DNA of 45,637 bases from a bacterium. GTDB taxonomy: Bacteria > Bacillota > DTU030 > DUMP01. The notes under the pieces were generated by a model. It saw nothing but the letters and a program-made list of their open reading frames with translations. It was not told the origin of the DNA and did no database searches. The stretch covers positions 1 through 45,637 of the forward strand of contig JBMNSQ010000001.1 in the NCBI GenBank assembly GCA_050945275.1, given 5' to 3'. Both the position numbers and the translations under genes were made by a program. Positions 1 through 8,711 of the stretch are shown here, piece by piece (positions within the stretch are counted from its first letter, which is position 1; each line of letters opens with the position of its first letter).

Positions 1-776
1 TAAGAGCCAGCTTCCACAGCCTCTGTAACCACTGATCCACTTGGGGTAATATCTGCCAAAGCTGCCTTGTACTCCAAAGGATCAAACACATCCTCCCAGC
101 CGTCTAATTGATCCAAAAACATACCTGAAAGCGGTGTGTACACAGTCACACTCGCCTGATCCATTAATTCTCTAGCCTCAGCCTCGATTTGCCGCCAAGC
201 ACCACCTGTCGCTTCTTCATTAGCTAACTGCTCCTTTTGTGCTAACAAATCACTTCTTTGCTTTAATAACTGTTGTAACCTAGAGTTTAACTGCCCAGTT
301 CGCCTCGTTTCCAGCCTGGCTAAATCATCCTTTAGCTCGGCTAACAATTGCGTTATTTTGTCACCTACCTGGGATAATTCCTGCTCCACTTGCTTTTTTT
401 GAAATGCAAGCTGGCTTTCCCATAGCGTTTTTTCACTTTTCGCCTTTTCCAGAAAAAGTTGAGCCTGTTCTAGCAAATCCGCCGTTAATATTTCTCCAAT
501 AGGAGTGTTAGCTGGTAAACGTTCGCTGACCGCTACTTTGGGGTGCCAAATGCCCGCACTTGGAGCAACAAGGATTTGTTCCCGACGCAAGAGTAACGCC
601 TCTCCAAATACAGTCAACGTTACTGCTCCCTCTTTTGCAGCTACCTTTCGTGTAGCTTTAGTAAGTAACAATCTACCGGTTAAATTAATAGCGTTTAAAG
701 CAACAACCAAACCGAATACTAATAAAAATGCTGAGACAGACAAAGGTAAGCGTGTTTTTTTCTTGGTAACAGTCAT
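1..776 (-). CDS. HlyD-family membrane-fusion/adaptor-like protein, N-terminal 258 aa only (3' end runs off the window)
   Basis: Absent from the ORF track because its stop lies outside the window. My translation from the ATG at 776 (GAGGTGG SD about 9 nt upstream) gives MTVTKKKTRLPLSVSAFLLVFGLVVALN... This is a basic N-terminus and one TM helix followed by a long coiled coil (QKKQVEQELSQVGDKITQLLAELKDDLARLE), the typical HlyD/MFP layout. Confidence 0.5.
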   Translation of the reverse strand, partial: MTVTKKKTRLPLSVSAFLLVFGLVVALNAINLTGRLLLTKATRKVAAKEGAVTLTVFGEALLLRREQILVAPSAGIWHPKVAVSERLPANTPIGEILTADLLEQAQLFLEKAKSEKTLWESQLAFQKKQVEQELSQVGDKITQLLAELKDDLARLETRRTGQLNSRLQQLLKQRSDLLAQKEQLANEEATGGAWRQIEAEARELMDQASVTVYTPLSGMFLDQLDGWEDVFDPLEYKAALADITPSGSVVTEAVEAGS

Positions 777-848
777 AAAAAAGGCCACCTCTTTTCATAC
801 AGGTCGCCTTCTAGGTTCTACCCTTTTCCATTAATTACCTGCTGCCAA

Positions 849-1664
849 TTACAGTGAAATAGTAGCCATAAGGCTCCCTGCACGACCTTGTTCGCCACGG
901 TAAGAGAAAAAATCCTGCCGATTACAGTAAGTACATATTCTGGCCACGTCAATATGATCTGTTCTTACCCCGGCTCCTAGCAATAAACGCTGATTGAGCT
1001 CCCATAAACTAAGCATAACATGTCCGGGACGGGAAGGCGAAATTACATCGGCCCACCAAGAAATATTATTCTTAAGGGGAAGCAAGACGTTATCGTCTAC
1101 TTCGTAACAACATGGTCCGATGGAAGGGCCGATAGCCACTAGCACATCCTCAGGCCGGGAGTTAAAATTATGTTGGAGCGATTGCAAAGTCCCTACTGCA
1201 ATCCCTCTGACCGAACCGCGCCAGCCCGCATGGGCGGCACCTATTGCCCCATTTACGGGATCAAAAAACAAAAGAGGTACACAATCCGCTGTGTACACTG
1301 AAAGAGCGACGTTGGCACCGGTTACTAGCGCATCGGTGGCTGGCAAACCGTCTTCCCATGAAAACGCTCCTCGTCCAGCGTCAGCTTCTGTCACCAACGC
1401 AACCTTGGCCCCATGAGTTTGCTGGCCGGCCACTAAATTATCCAAACTTATGCCCAGCGAAACCAGAAATACTTGTCGCATCTGCTGGATCGCTATTGAA
1501 TCACCCTTTTTGTAACCAAGATTAAATTCATCCGTAACTTCACCGTAAAGAGTACCATGACGGGTACTAAACCCGTGTTTGATCAAACCGGTAGCACTCA
1601 GCAGATCAGATGTTAAGTAGGCCATTCCGTTTAAATTATGCCAAGTAAAACCCATGAAGTGCAC
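849..1664 (-). CDS. pgeF: Peptidoglycan editing factor PgeF / YlmD (DUF152 laccase-domain family)
   Basis: 271-aa ORF with family motifs HGFSTR, QTHG, TADCVPL, AHAGWRG and CTYC. It lies downstream of ylmC, as in Firmicute ylm clusters. An ATG at 1655 with an AAAGG SD is an alternative start. Confidence 0.85.
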   Translation of the reverse strand: MHFMGFTWHNLNGMAYLTSDLLSATGLIKHGFSTRHGTLYGEVTDEFNLGYKKGDSIAIQQMRQVFLVSLGISLDNLVAGQQTHGAKVALVTEADAGRGAFSWEDGLPATDALVTGANVALSVYTADCVPLLFFDPVNGAIGAAHAGWRGSVRGIAVGTLQSLQHNFNSRPEDVLVAIGPSIGPCCYEVDDNVLLPLKNNISWWADVISPSRPGHVMLSLWELNQRLLLGAGVRTDHIDVARICTYCNRQDFFSYRGEQGRAGSLMATISL

Positions 1665-1753
1665 CCTTTCTACCTGTCCTTAGTTTATTATAACAATAAA
1701 AGCCCCGGCTTGCTTAAACAAACTCAAGGCTTTTGCTTTATTTGAGAAATGCT

Positions 1754-2038
1754 TTATCTAAGTGGCGGAGAAGATGAGGGCCGATGCTCCACTAAAATCA
1801 CGTCCTGACCGATACGCTTGATTTTATCCCACCCTATCACTATATCATCGCTTCGGCTAAATAGGCTAAGCATACCCCGAGGTCCGGGCACAACGATTGC
1901 TCGGAGTTTGCCGTTTTCCATGTCAATATCCACATCAATAATAGTACCCAGTTTACGACCGTCACTAATGTTAACAACTTCGCGAGCACGAAGCTCTGAA
2001 GCACGGACTAAAATAGCCCTCACCTCCCCGCAGCACAT
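1754..2038 (-). CDS. ylmC: YlmC/YmxH-family sporulation protein (PRC-barrel)
   Basis: REVVNISDGRKLGTIIDVDIDMENGKLRAIVVPG...VIGWDKIKRIGQDVILV aligns with B. subtilis YlmC. The exact start is uncertain: an internal GGGGAGGTGAGG SD-like run lies near the 5' end. Confidence 0.8.
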   Translation of the reverse strand: MCCGEVRAILVRASELRAREVVNISDGRKLGTIIDVDIDMENGKLRAIVVPGPRGMLSLFSRSDDIVIGWDKIKRIGQDVILVEHRPSSSPPLR

Positions 2039-2066
2039 TATATGCGAGGAGAACGTATTCTAATCC

Positions 2067-2222
2067 TTAAACTTTCGGTTCAAGCCGAGGAACTATTACA
2101 GCTTCGTAAGGAATGAGGTTGGTATGATTATAGGCTTCCACTACATTCGGTCCACGCCGTACATAATAATAGCCTGAGACTAAAACAAGGCTAAGCAGCA
2201 CTAAAACCAACAGTTGTCGCAT
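2067..2222 (-). CDS. Hypothetical small membrane protein (51 aa), not in the ORF track
   Basis: My translation is MRQLLVLVLLSLVLVSGYYYVRRGPNVVEAYNHTNLIPYEAVIVPRLEPKV. A GGGAGG SD lies 8 nt upstream of the ATG at 2222, and there is one hydrophobic helix. It fills the sigG-ylmC gap. Confidence 0.3.
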   Translation of the reverse strand: MRQLLVLVLLSLVLVSGYYYVRRGPNVVEAYNHTNLIPYEAVIVPRLEPKV

Positions 2223-2235
2223 ACATTTCGCCTCC

Positions 2236-3018
2236 CTATGACAAGCTTAAATGACGCCTTAAGCGTTCAAGTGCCGCCTTTTCCAGCCGTGATACCTGTG
2301 CTTGCGATATACCAATTTCCTCGGCTACTTCCATTTGGGTTTTACCGTGAAAAAAACGAAGGTTTAAAATGTGGCGCTCGCGTCCACCCAGCCTGTGCAT
2401 TGCTTCTCGGACCGCTAATTCTTCCACCCAGTTGCTGTCTTGTTCTTTATCATCTTTTACCTGATCCATAACGAAAATAGGGTCGCCGCCATCATGATAC
2501 ACCGGCTCAAACAAAGACAACGGCTCCTGAATAGCATCCATGGCAAACACTACTTCTTCTCGAGGAAGCTTAAGTTCGGCAGCAATCTCACTAACAGACG
2601 GTTCCCGACTGTGTCTTGTTACTAGTGCATCACGCGCCTGTAGAGCCTTATATGCCATGTCACGGAGTGACCGGCTTACCCGGATGGGATTGTTATCCCT
2701 CAGATAACGACGAATTTCACCCACAATCATTGGAACCGCATAGGTAGAAAACTTTACGTTTTGCCCCAGGTCAAAGTTATCAATGGCTTTCATTAAACCG
2801 ATACAACCGACCTGGAACAAATCATCTACGTTTTCTCCACGGTTGTTAAACCGTTGAATTACACTCAGAACCAAGCGCAGATTTCCGTTTACCAACTTTT
2901 CTCGGGCTAATTCATCTCCTGCCATTAAAGCACGAAATAGCTCACGCATTTTAGCATTAGAAAGCACCGGAAGCTTGGCTGTATTCACTCCACATATTTC
3001 AACTTTATTTACAAGCAT
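2236..3018 (-). CDS. sigG: Forespore RNA polymerase sigma factor SigG
   Basis: Near-identical blocks to B. subtilis SigG: NKVEICGV, REKLVNGNLRLVLSVIQRFNNRGE, FQVGCIGLMKAIDNFD, STYAVPMIVGEIRRYLRDNNPIRVSRS, GKTQMEVAEEIGISQAQVSRLEKAA. I chose the ATG at 3018 (MLVNKVEICG) with a GGGAGGGG SD. The track's upstream extension to 3105 overlaps sigE. Confidence 0.95.
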   Translation of the reverse strand: MLVNKVEICGVNTAKLPVLSNAKMRELFRALMAGDELAREKLVNGNLRLVLSVIQRFNNRGENVDDLFQVGCIGLMKAIDNFDLGQNVKFSTYAVPMIVGEIRRYLRDNNPIRVSRSLRDMAYKALQARDALVTRHSREPSVSEIAAELKLPREEVVFAMDAIQEPLSLFEPVYHDGGDPIFVMDQVKDDKEQDSNWVEELAVREAMHRLGGRERHILNLRFFHGKTQMEVAEEIGISQAQVSRLEKAALERLRRHLSLS

Positions 3019-3048
3019 AAAACCCCTCCCGGAAGGCAACCTAATTCC

Positions 3049-3077
3049 AGTATTGCCACCGGTGAGAGGTTTTATGC
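3049..3077 (-). promoter_or_regulatory. Forespore (sigma-F/sigma-G type) promoter of sigG
   Basis: The minus strand reads GCATA-N15-GGCAATACT in the 64-nt sigE-sigG gap. This matches the remembered sigma-F consensus GCATR-N15-GGnnAnAHTR. Confidence 0.55.
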
Positions 3078-3082
3078 TCAAA

Positions 3083-3808
3083 TCATTCCATACGCTTGAT
3101 TTCACGACGAAGGCGTTTCAAGATGCGCTTTTCTAGACGTGATATGTAGGATTGTGAAATTCCTAGTAAATCGGCTACTTCCTTTTGCGTTTTTTCCGGT
3201 TCATTACGCAAACCGAATCGAAGTTCCATGATAAGTTTTTCTCGCGGAGAAAGCTTCTGGAGTGCTTGGTGCAATAACTTTCTTTCCACATCTTCCTCTA
3301 CCGGACGGGAAATTAGATCACTTTCCGTCCCCAAAACATCAGATAGTAACAGTTCGTTCCCGTCCCAATCGATGTTCAATGGCTCATCAAAAGAAACCTC
3401 GGAACGCAATTTATTGTTTCGCCGTAAAAACATTAATATTTCATTTTCAACACAACGAGACGCATAAGTGGCCAATTTAATCTTCTTAGCCGGATTAAAA
3501 GTATTAACAGCTTTAATAAGTCCTATGCTACCAATGGAAACCAAATCTTCAATGCCCACGCCGGTATTTTCAAATTTACGAGCGATATAAACAACCAGGC
3601 GCAGATTATGTTCAATGAGTACGCTCCTTACCGCCTTGTCTCCCCGCTCCAGCCGAGCCAGTAAATATCCTTCCTCAGCTGTACTAAGCGGCGGCGGTAA
3701 AGCTTCGCTAGAGCCTACATACCAAACGGCCCAACGACCTAAACCAATAAGCCCTAGTAAACGTACTACTAATAGGCGCATAGCTAACCGGCAGGTAGGG
3801 ATTTTCAT
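3083..3808 (-). CDS. sigE: Mother-cell sigma factor SigE (pro-sigma-E)
   Basis: [13 protein letters not shown] pro-sequence junction, [65 protein letters not shown] and [14 protein letters not shown] are all near-identical to B. subtilis SigE. I chose the ATG at 3808 with a GAAGGAGAG SD; the GTG at 3826 is the track start. Confidence 0.95.
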   Translation of the reverse strand: MKIPTCRLAMRLLVVRLLGLIGLGRWAVWYVGSSEALPPPLSTAEEGYLLARLERGDKAVRSVLIEHNLRLVVYIARKFENTGVGIEDLVSIGSIGLIKAVNTFNPAKKIKLATYASRCVENEILMFLRRNNKLRSEVSFDEPLNIDWDGNELLLSDVLGTESDLISRPVEEDVERKLLHQALQKLSPREKLIMELRFGLRNEPEKTQKEVADLLGISQSYISRLEKRILKRLRREIKRME

Positions 3809-3826
3809 GCCAAATCTCTCCTTCAC

Positions 3827-4753
3827 TTACGCCTCATCTAAATACGGCATTAAAACTTCGGGACTTACTAATGCCTGCCACGTCCCTTCGGATGAGAGGC
3901 GTCCCGGAGCTAACCCCACAACCGCCCGTGGAACATTAATGTTTTTCCTCTGATATTTTACTTGTACCCGATCAGGACGAAACCCTAACAGTAATGAATT
4001 CTCCTGACCTAAAGAATCAAAAGGAATAACCCGAAATCGCTGGGCATTACAATCTGCAGCCAAAGCCTGGCCCAATTGTTCCAAATCTAGCTCACCCCTT
4101 CTACCTCCTTCCACTAAGCCAATTATTGTCTCCGGTACAAGTCCGCTTAAGGCCTCCGCCTCCACTACAACCACCGGTGCTCCCGTTAAGGGGTCTACTA
4201 ACAGATTGCCGCTATCCAAGATCCCAGAAATCTTTCTCTCTTGTCCGTTCCACCGAACAATCAACGTCGCTGTCAGTTCCTCTTGCCAACGGCGGCGCTT
4301 TAGGTATAACCAGGCTAGGCGAGCTATAGGGATGACCACAACTGAGCCAGCCAACGGCATCCACCAAGATATCCTGGGCCAAGGTCCAGCTATAGTAGGT
4401 AACACAAAGTCTTGGCCAAGATAATATATGGCTAGCGCCGCTCCTCCTAAAGTAAAAGACACCAAGTAAAAATAGCCAGTAGCACGCAGAAAACGAACCG
4501 GTGAGACCGGTGCAAAAGTAGCTACCAAAATTAAGACAGAAACCACTACCTTAGCAGGCCAATAAGCGAAGTTGCTCAAGGGATAAAAGACCAAATAAAC
4601 TGTATATGCTGTCCCCAACATAGCTCCCAAAGCAACCCTATAAAAACGGGCTGGAACTTGAGCCAACCAAGAAGTGAGCAGCAAAATAACCAGGTTCATG
4701 GCTACATTAATCACGGTGATAACATCTAGGTAGACGTACCGCATCTGCCTCAC
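3827..4753 (-). CDS. spoIIGA: Sigma-E processing aspartic peptidase SpoIIGA
   Basis: Five N-terminal TM helices plus a C-terminal domain carrying the ILDSGNLLVDPLTG catalytic motif. Its stop abuts sigE, giving the canonical spoIIGA-sigE-sigG order. Confidence 0.9.
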   Translation of the reverse strand: MRQMRYVYLDVITVINVAMNLVILLLTSWLAQVPARFYRVALGAMLGTAYTVYLVFYPLSNFAYWPAKVVVSVLILVATFAPVSPVRFLRATGYFYLVSFTLGGAALAIYYLGQDFVLPTIAGPWPRISWWMPLAGSVVVIPIARLAWLYLKRRRWQEELTATLIVRWNGQERKISGILDSGNLLVDPLTGAPVVVVEAEALSGLVPETIIGLVEGGRRGELDLEQLGQALAADCNAQRFRVIPFDSLGQENSLLLGFRPDRVQVKYQRKNINVPRAVVGLAPGRLSSEGTWQALVSPEVLMPYLDEA

Positions 4754-4822
4754 CCCCTGGCAAACATGCCCACTTCTACCTTATCATGTCTATGTTTGAT
4801 ATCCAGAAAATAGCACAGCAAC

Positions 4823-4856
4823 ATTATACCGGGTCTTCATCCCAAAAAATGTCGCT
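4823..4856 (-). promoter_or_regulatory. Candidate spoIIG-type promoter (-10 TATAAT, with a 0A-box-like GCGACA 21 nt upstream)
   Basis: The minus strand reads aGCGACAt-N20-TATAAT. The overlong spacer, with a TGTCGCT (5/7 of TGTCGAA) element at the -35 position, resembles the Spo0A-activated spoIIG promoter of B. subtilis. Confidence 0.35.
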
Positions 4857-4877
4857 TCGCGCCCATTAAGGCTAGTA

Positions 4878-4919
4878 AGAAAAATAACCCCTGCACCAAG
4901 ATTAATTAGTGCAGGGGTT
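4878..4919 (-). terminator. Rho-independent terminator after ftsZ
   Basis: Perfect 11-bp stem AACCCCTGCAC/GTGCAGGGGTT (4886-4896 and 4909-4919), followed on the minus strand by a TTATTTTTC tail. Confidence 0.7.
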
Positions 4920-4932
4920 AATTGATATTAGT

Positions 4933-5991
4933 TCATCTGCGCCGCAAAAAAGGAGGAATGTCTAACTCATCGCTGGCAAACGGCTTTAATTCCAAGTTGC
5001 GGAATAACTTATCGCCTTCCTTGTCCCCTATACTAGGACGGGCTTCAAAGCCGGTGGCAATAACTGTTACTTTAACTTCATCCTCCATGGACTCATCAAT
5101 AACAGCGCCAAAGATAATATTGGCTTCCGGATCAGCCGCCTCGGCAATAATAGCTGCCGCTTCGTTAACTTCAAACAAACCTAGATCAGATCCTCCGGTT
5201 ATATTGAGCAAGACACCCTTTGCTCCGTCGATGGAAGTCTCTAACAAAGGGCTGGCGATAGCCATCCTAGCTGCTTCTACCGCCCGACTGTCCCCGTTTG
5301 CTCGGCCAATACCCATAAGGGCGGAACCGGTGTCAGACATTATCGTTTTAACATCGGCGAAATCTAAATTAATAAGACCAGGTACAGCAATAAGGTCAGA
5401 AATACCTTGAACACCCTGCCTGAGTACATCGTCAGCGATACGAAAAGCGTCCAAAATCGAGGTCCTCTTCTCCACTACCTGCAACAGGCGATCGTTAGGT
5501 ATTATGATTAGAGTATCAACTTTCTCTTTCAGTTCACTGGTGCCTTTCTCAGCCTGTCCCATGCGGCGTCGCCCTTCGAAAGCAAAAGGCTTGGTCACTA
5601 CACCAACAGTAAGAGCTCCCATCTCTTTGGCCACTTCAGCCACGGTGGGACTCGCTCCAGTACCTGTTCCTCCCCCCATACCCGCTGTGACAAAAACCAT
5701 ATCCGCTCCCTTTAAGGATTCTTGAAGTGCTTCACGACTTTCTTCTGCTGCCTTCTTGCCAATATCCGGGTTGGCACCGGCCCCTAAGCCTCGTGTGATC
5801 TTTTCTCCAATTTGAATTTTTCGATTGGCCTGAGATAACAAAAGCTGTTGGGCATCAGTATTAACGGCAATAAACTCTACCCCTTTTAGGCCCGAGGCAA
5901 TCATCCGGTTAACAGCATTATTCCCCCCGCCGCCTACACCAACAACTTTTATATCGGCAAAACGATCCATATCGATGTCGAACTCTAGCAT
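4933..5991 (-). CDS. ftsZ: Cell division GTPase FtsZ
   Basis: [17 protein letters not shown], the tubulin signature [17 protein letters not shown], and a C-terminal DIPPFLRR peptide. Confidence 0.97.
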   Translation of the reverse strand: MLEFDIDMDRFADIKVVGVGGGGNNAVNRMIASGLKGVEFIAVNTDAQQLLLSQANRKIQIGEKITRGLGAGANPDIGKKAAEESREALQESLKGADMVFVTAGMGGGTGTGASPTVAEVAKEMGALTVGVVTKPFAFEGRRRMGQAEKGTSELKEKVDTLIIIPNDRLLQVVEKRTSILDAFRIADDVLRQGVQGISDLIAVPGLINLDFADVKTIMSDTGSALMGIGRANGDSRAVEAARMAIASPLLETSIDGAKGVLLNITGGSDLGLFEVNEAAAIIAEAADPEANIIFGAVIDESMEDEVKVTVIATGFEARPSIGDKEGDKLFRNLELKPFASDELDIPPFLRRR

Positions 5992-6039
5992 TTGATGGCG
6001 CCCTCCTCGCTCTCATGAAAAGCCCAATTCATAAGACTA

Positions 6040-6069
6040 TCATTCAACAGCGAGTTATAATTTCCCTTT
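6040..6069 (-). promoter_or_regulatory. Weak candidate sigma-H-type promoter upstream of ftsZ
   Basis: The minus strand reads AAAGGGAAA-N12-GTTGAATGA. This has two mismatches to the remembered consensus RnAGGAwww-N11-12-RnnGAATww. B. subtilis ftsAZ has a sigma-H promoter. Confidence 0.3.
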
Positions 6070-6168
6070 TTTTTGTATAAATTTTTCTGCACCGCTTTGG
6101 TCCCTAAGATGGCTAGTACCAACTACTCATCTATGGGCCGAACGGGCTTACTTAAGAGACTAAGAGAT

Positions 6169-7395
6169 CTACTCTTTAACCGCCTGTTGTAATAATTCTA
6201 TCCGCTTCAAAGTACTAGGGTGTGTATACGCAAACCATTCAATAAACGGTGGCGGCACTATATCAGAACGATTTCCCCGGGCCAGGTTCAATTGCAGAGC
6301 TACAGCACCTTCCGCATTCCCCACCAAGGCTACTGACTCTTTGTCGGCTGCTCGTTCCATATAGCGCGATATCCCGTTTTGAATTGGGCTAGTTACAAAG
6401 GATGTAAGTAATAAAAATAGCAGGGTAACGGCCCAAACCCTTAGGGGGTAATGGCCCAGCTGCCAGCGAGAAAAAGAGGATGTAAGTACCAGGGCTATGA
6501 GGTAGAACTGGGCAAAAGTCGCCACAATACCCCAAAATACGCCCGTTCGAATATGTCCCAGCTTCCAGTGAGCGATTTCGTGAGCCACTACCGCTTCCAC
6601 TTCGTTCAAGGGATAATTCTCCAACAGCGTATCATAAAGGACGATTCTTTTGGTACGGCCAATACCGGCGAAATACGCATTAGCCTTACTGGTACGCCTG
6701 CTAGCGTCCATCACCAGTACTTGTTGTACCGGGACATCTGCCTTCTGGGCTAGATTTTTCACCATGGCTACAACTTGTGGCTCTGTGGCTGGTTCAAAGC
6801 GGTTATATAGCGGTGCCACAAACGATGGCCATAAAAAAGTTTGCACTATTAACCACCCAGCCATAAACAAACCCGCCGGAAGCCACCAGGAAGTAGGCCA
6901 TTTACGCAAAGCCAGAAAGAACAAGGCAGCACCTACAACTGAAAAGACCAAATCCATAGCTGCTCCCTTGATGTAATCAGCCCACCAGCTGGCCATAGTC
7001 TGGCTAGAGAAACCCCAGCGGTGTTCTAACACATAACTACTGTAGAAGCTGATCGGTAAATTGACTAACCGCAAACCAACCCATAGAACAAGAAAAAACA
7101 ACAACACCCCTAGAAACCGTCTACCTTGAACAGCACTCAGCACCCACTTTTCCAGTAGATTACCTCCTCGTCCGAGTGCTACGGTTGCTAGTAACATTAT
7201 TTGCAAGGCGAAGCGAAGCACAAACAACACTTGTTTTTGCTGTCTGTATTTATGCCCGGCCAGTATTTCCTCACGGGAGAAATGCTGAAGAGCAGCCGGT
7301 GTGACATTTGCTGGGGCCAATGAAAAATACAGATAAAGAGCAAGAAGGCTAGCTGTAAGAAGAAGCAACAACCCACCTATGGTTTTTCCTTTCAT
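6169..7395 (-). CDS. M48-family (Ste24/HtpX-like) integral-membrane zinc metallopeptidase
   Basis: Polytopic membrane protein with the HEXXH motif VVAHEIAHWKLGH and a downstream ERAADKES (glutamate ligand region). GGAGAGG SD. It starts only 19 nt after the csrA stop. Confidence 0.8.
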   Translation of the reverse strand: MKGKTIGGLLLLLTASLLALYLYFSLAPANVTPAALQHFSREEILAGHKYRQQKQVLFVLRFALQIMLLATVALGRGGNLLEKWVLSAVQGRRFLGVLLFFLVLWVGLRLVNLPISFYSSYVLEHRWGFSSQTMASWWADYIKGAAMDLVFSVVGAALFFLALRKWPTSWWLPAGLFMAGWLIVQTFLWPSFVAPLYNRFEPATEPQVVAMVKNLAQKADVPVQQVLVMDASRRTSKANAYFAGIGRTKRIVLYDTLLENYPLNEVEAVVAHEIAHWKLGHIRTGVFWGIVATFAQFYLIALVLTSSFSRWQLGHYPLRVWAVTLLFLLLTSFVTSPIQNGISRYMERAADKESVALVGNAEGAVALQLNLARGNRSDIVPPPFIEWFAYTHPSTLKRIELLQQAVKE

Positions 7396-7414
7396 CGGAA
7401 TACCTCTCCTTGAG

Positions 7415-7633
7415 CTATTTTCTAGGCAACAAAGCTAGATCAATTCCTGTGGGCTTAGCCGCTGCCTGGTTTTCTTCGGAGATAGCATCGTACACTTCCC
7501 GCCGATAGACGGCTATCGACTTTGGTGCTGTAATTCCGAGCGATAGCTGACCGTCCTTCCATCCTAACACCTTAACTTCAATATCGGCCCCAATCATAAT
7601 ACTCTGGCCGAGCCGACGGCTTAAAATAAGCAC
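7415..7633 (-). CDS. csrA: Carbon storage / translational regulator CsrA
   Basis: MLILSRRLGQSIMIGADIEVKVLG...LGITAPKSIAVYRREVY is the canonical CsrA fold sequence. Its GTG start abuts the fliW stop. Confidence 0.95.
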   Translation of the reverse strand: MLILSRRLGQSIMIGADIEVKVLGWKDGQLSLGITAPKSIAVYRREVYDAISEENQAAAKPTGIDLALLPRK

Positions 7634-8098
7634 CTAGCGGCCCTCCTCTCGCTGGCAACTATCGCTCAAGTGCCCAAATAGCGGTTCACGGATAGAGAAA
7701 ACGCTTTCTTCTAAAATTAACTGGCATCCTAATCTTAGTTCGTTGTTAATTACTACCGGAGCCAACAGGTTAGCGGTTATATCTTCTGTCTTCCCTTCTG
7801 CCGGTATGCGAACTATTACATGCACCGATACCTCTTTTTGATGCTTAACTTGCAACAACTCTCGCTCGGCCACCGGCAGACGAATTTCATAGTGGGGATA
7901 AAAAGTAAACGGATCGGCAACAAGAAACGCCACTTCCGGTCTATCAGCAGACTGCAACCAAGCAAAACAGTCGTTTTCCGGCACCGGGACTAAAAAAAAT
8001 TGTCTTAGCTTAGAAAAACCGGGAATCCCTCTTGGAAAAGTGATAATTTGATTCGGTGCCACATCCAGAGCTCCGAAACGAGTAGTCTGGTACTGCAA
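7634..8098 (-). CDS. fliW: Flagellar assembly factor FliW
   Basis: TTRFGALDV...IITFPRGIPGF...FFLV...FAWLQS...LLAPVVIN are FliW hallmarks. It has the conserved position immediately upstream of csrA. Confidence 0.9.
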   Translation of the reverse strand: MQYQTTRFGALDVAPNQIITFPRGIPGFSKLRQFFLVPVPENDCFAWLQSADRPEVAFLVADPFTFYPHYEIRLPVAERELLQVKHQKEVSVHVIVRIPAEGKTEDITANLLAPVVINNELRLGCQLILEESVFSIREPLFGHLSDSCQREEGR

Positions 8099-8128
8099 CT
8101 TTGCTCGCCCCTATCAGTCTATGCTTTG

Positions 8129-8689
8129 TTACACTAAAACATCCAGCCGCCGCCAAGTAATGTCAATAGCAGCCCTCTGGCGTATATAAGCACTGGCAAA
8201 TCCTGGTTTGTAAGTCCTAGGATCAGGAGTCTCGCCTAAACGTAAGGCCACCTCTCCCTTACGATAATTTATGTGCACTTCCCCTAAGTCAGCTTGTACA
8301 GACACCGGATGTATCGGGGCATTAAATATATCCAGTGGCGGCGAGGGTAGACCTTCGGCGGCTATATCCTCCACTGTATTTCCTGGCTCCCAGAAGGTTG
8401 CCAGCCGATCTCCCTCAACAGCAACTCGCTGAATGCCATCAAAAACTTCGCGTTGGCTTTGGTTTCTAAGCCGCCGGTTTAGCTCTTCCGGACCTGCTTG
8501 TCCTAGCTCTGCCCAGCCCAATCGAGAATCAATTGCTATTTTCGGGTACTTGGTTTTCATTGAAAACATTGCTGGCTTCTTCTCCAGAGAAAAAGAAGCC
8601 AGCCGCGTGCGCACCGGCGCCCGGGCTAGCTTGGTCTCCAAGCCTACTAAGGCCGGTTTGGTATGAATGTTTAGTTCTAAACGCTGCAT
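8129..8689 (-). CDS. YviE-like protein (DUF6470), flagellar-cluster protein of unknown function
   Basis: 186-aa ORF occupying the flgL-[yviE]-fliW slot known from B. subtilis. The call is by synteny plus my recollection of the family; there is no catalytic motif. Confidence 0.55.
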   Translation of the reverse strand: MQRLELNIHTKPALVGLETKLARAPVRTRLASFSLEKKPAMFSMKTKYPKIAIDSRLGWAELGQAGPEELNRRLRNQSQREVFDGIQRVAVEGDRLATFWEPGNTVEDIAAEGLPSPPLDIFNAPIHPVSVQADLGEVHINYRKGEVALRLGETPDPRTYKPGFASAYIRQRAAIDITWRRLDVLV

Positions 8690-8711
8690 TTTTGTAATCC
8701 TCCTGACAGGT

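Noticed and set aside
505-834. 109-aa plus-strand ORF from the supplied track
   Set aside because: It lies entirely antisense to a better-supported minus-strand gene (the HlyD-like gene, with an SD and a TM-plus-coiled-coil product). It has low-complexity composition and no SD. The same reasoning rejects the other antisense or alternative-frame track ORFs nested in clear genes, e.g. 1120-1416, 3615-3953, 4922-5410, 9167-9361, 12789-13097, 18614-19024, 31606-31908, 32161-32613, 34799-35269, 35936-36382, 43063-43269 and 43480-43848.
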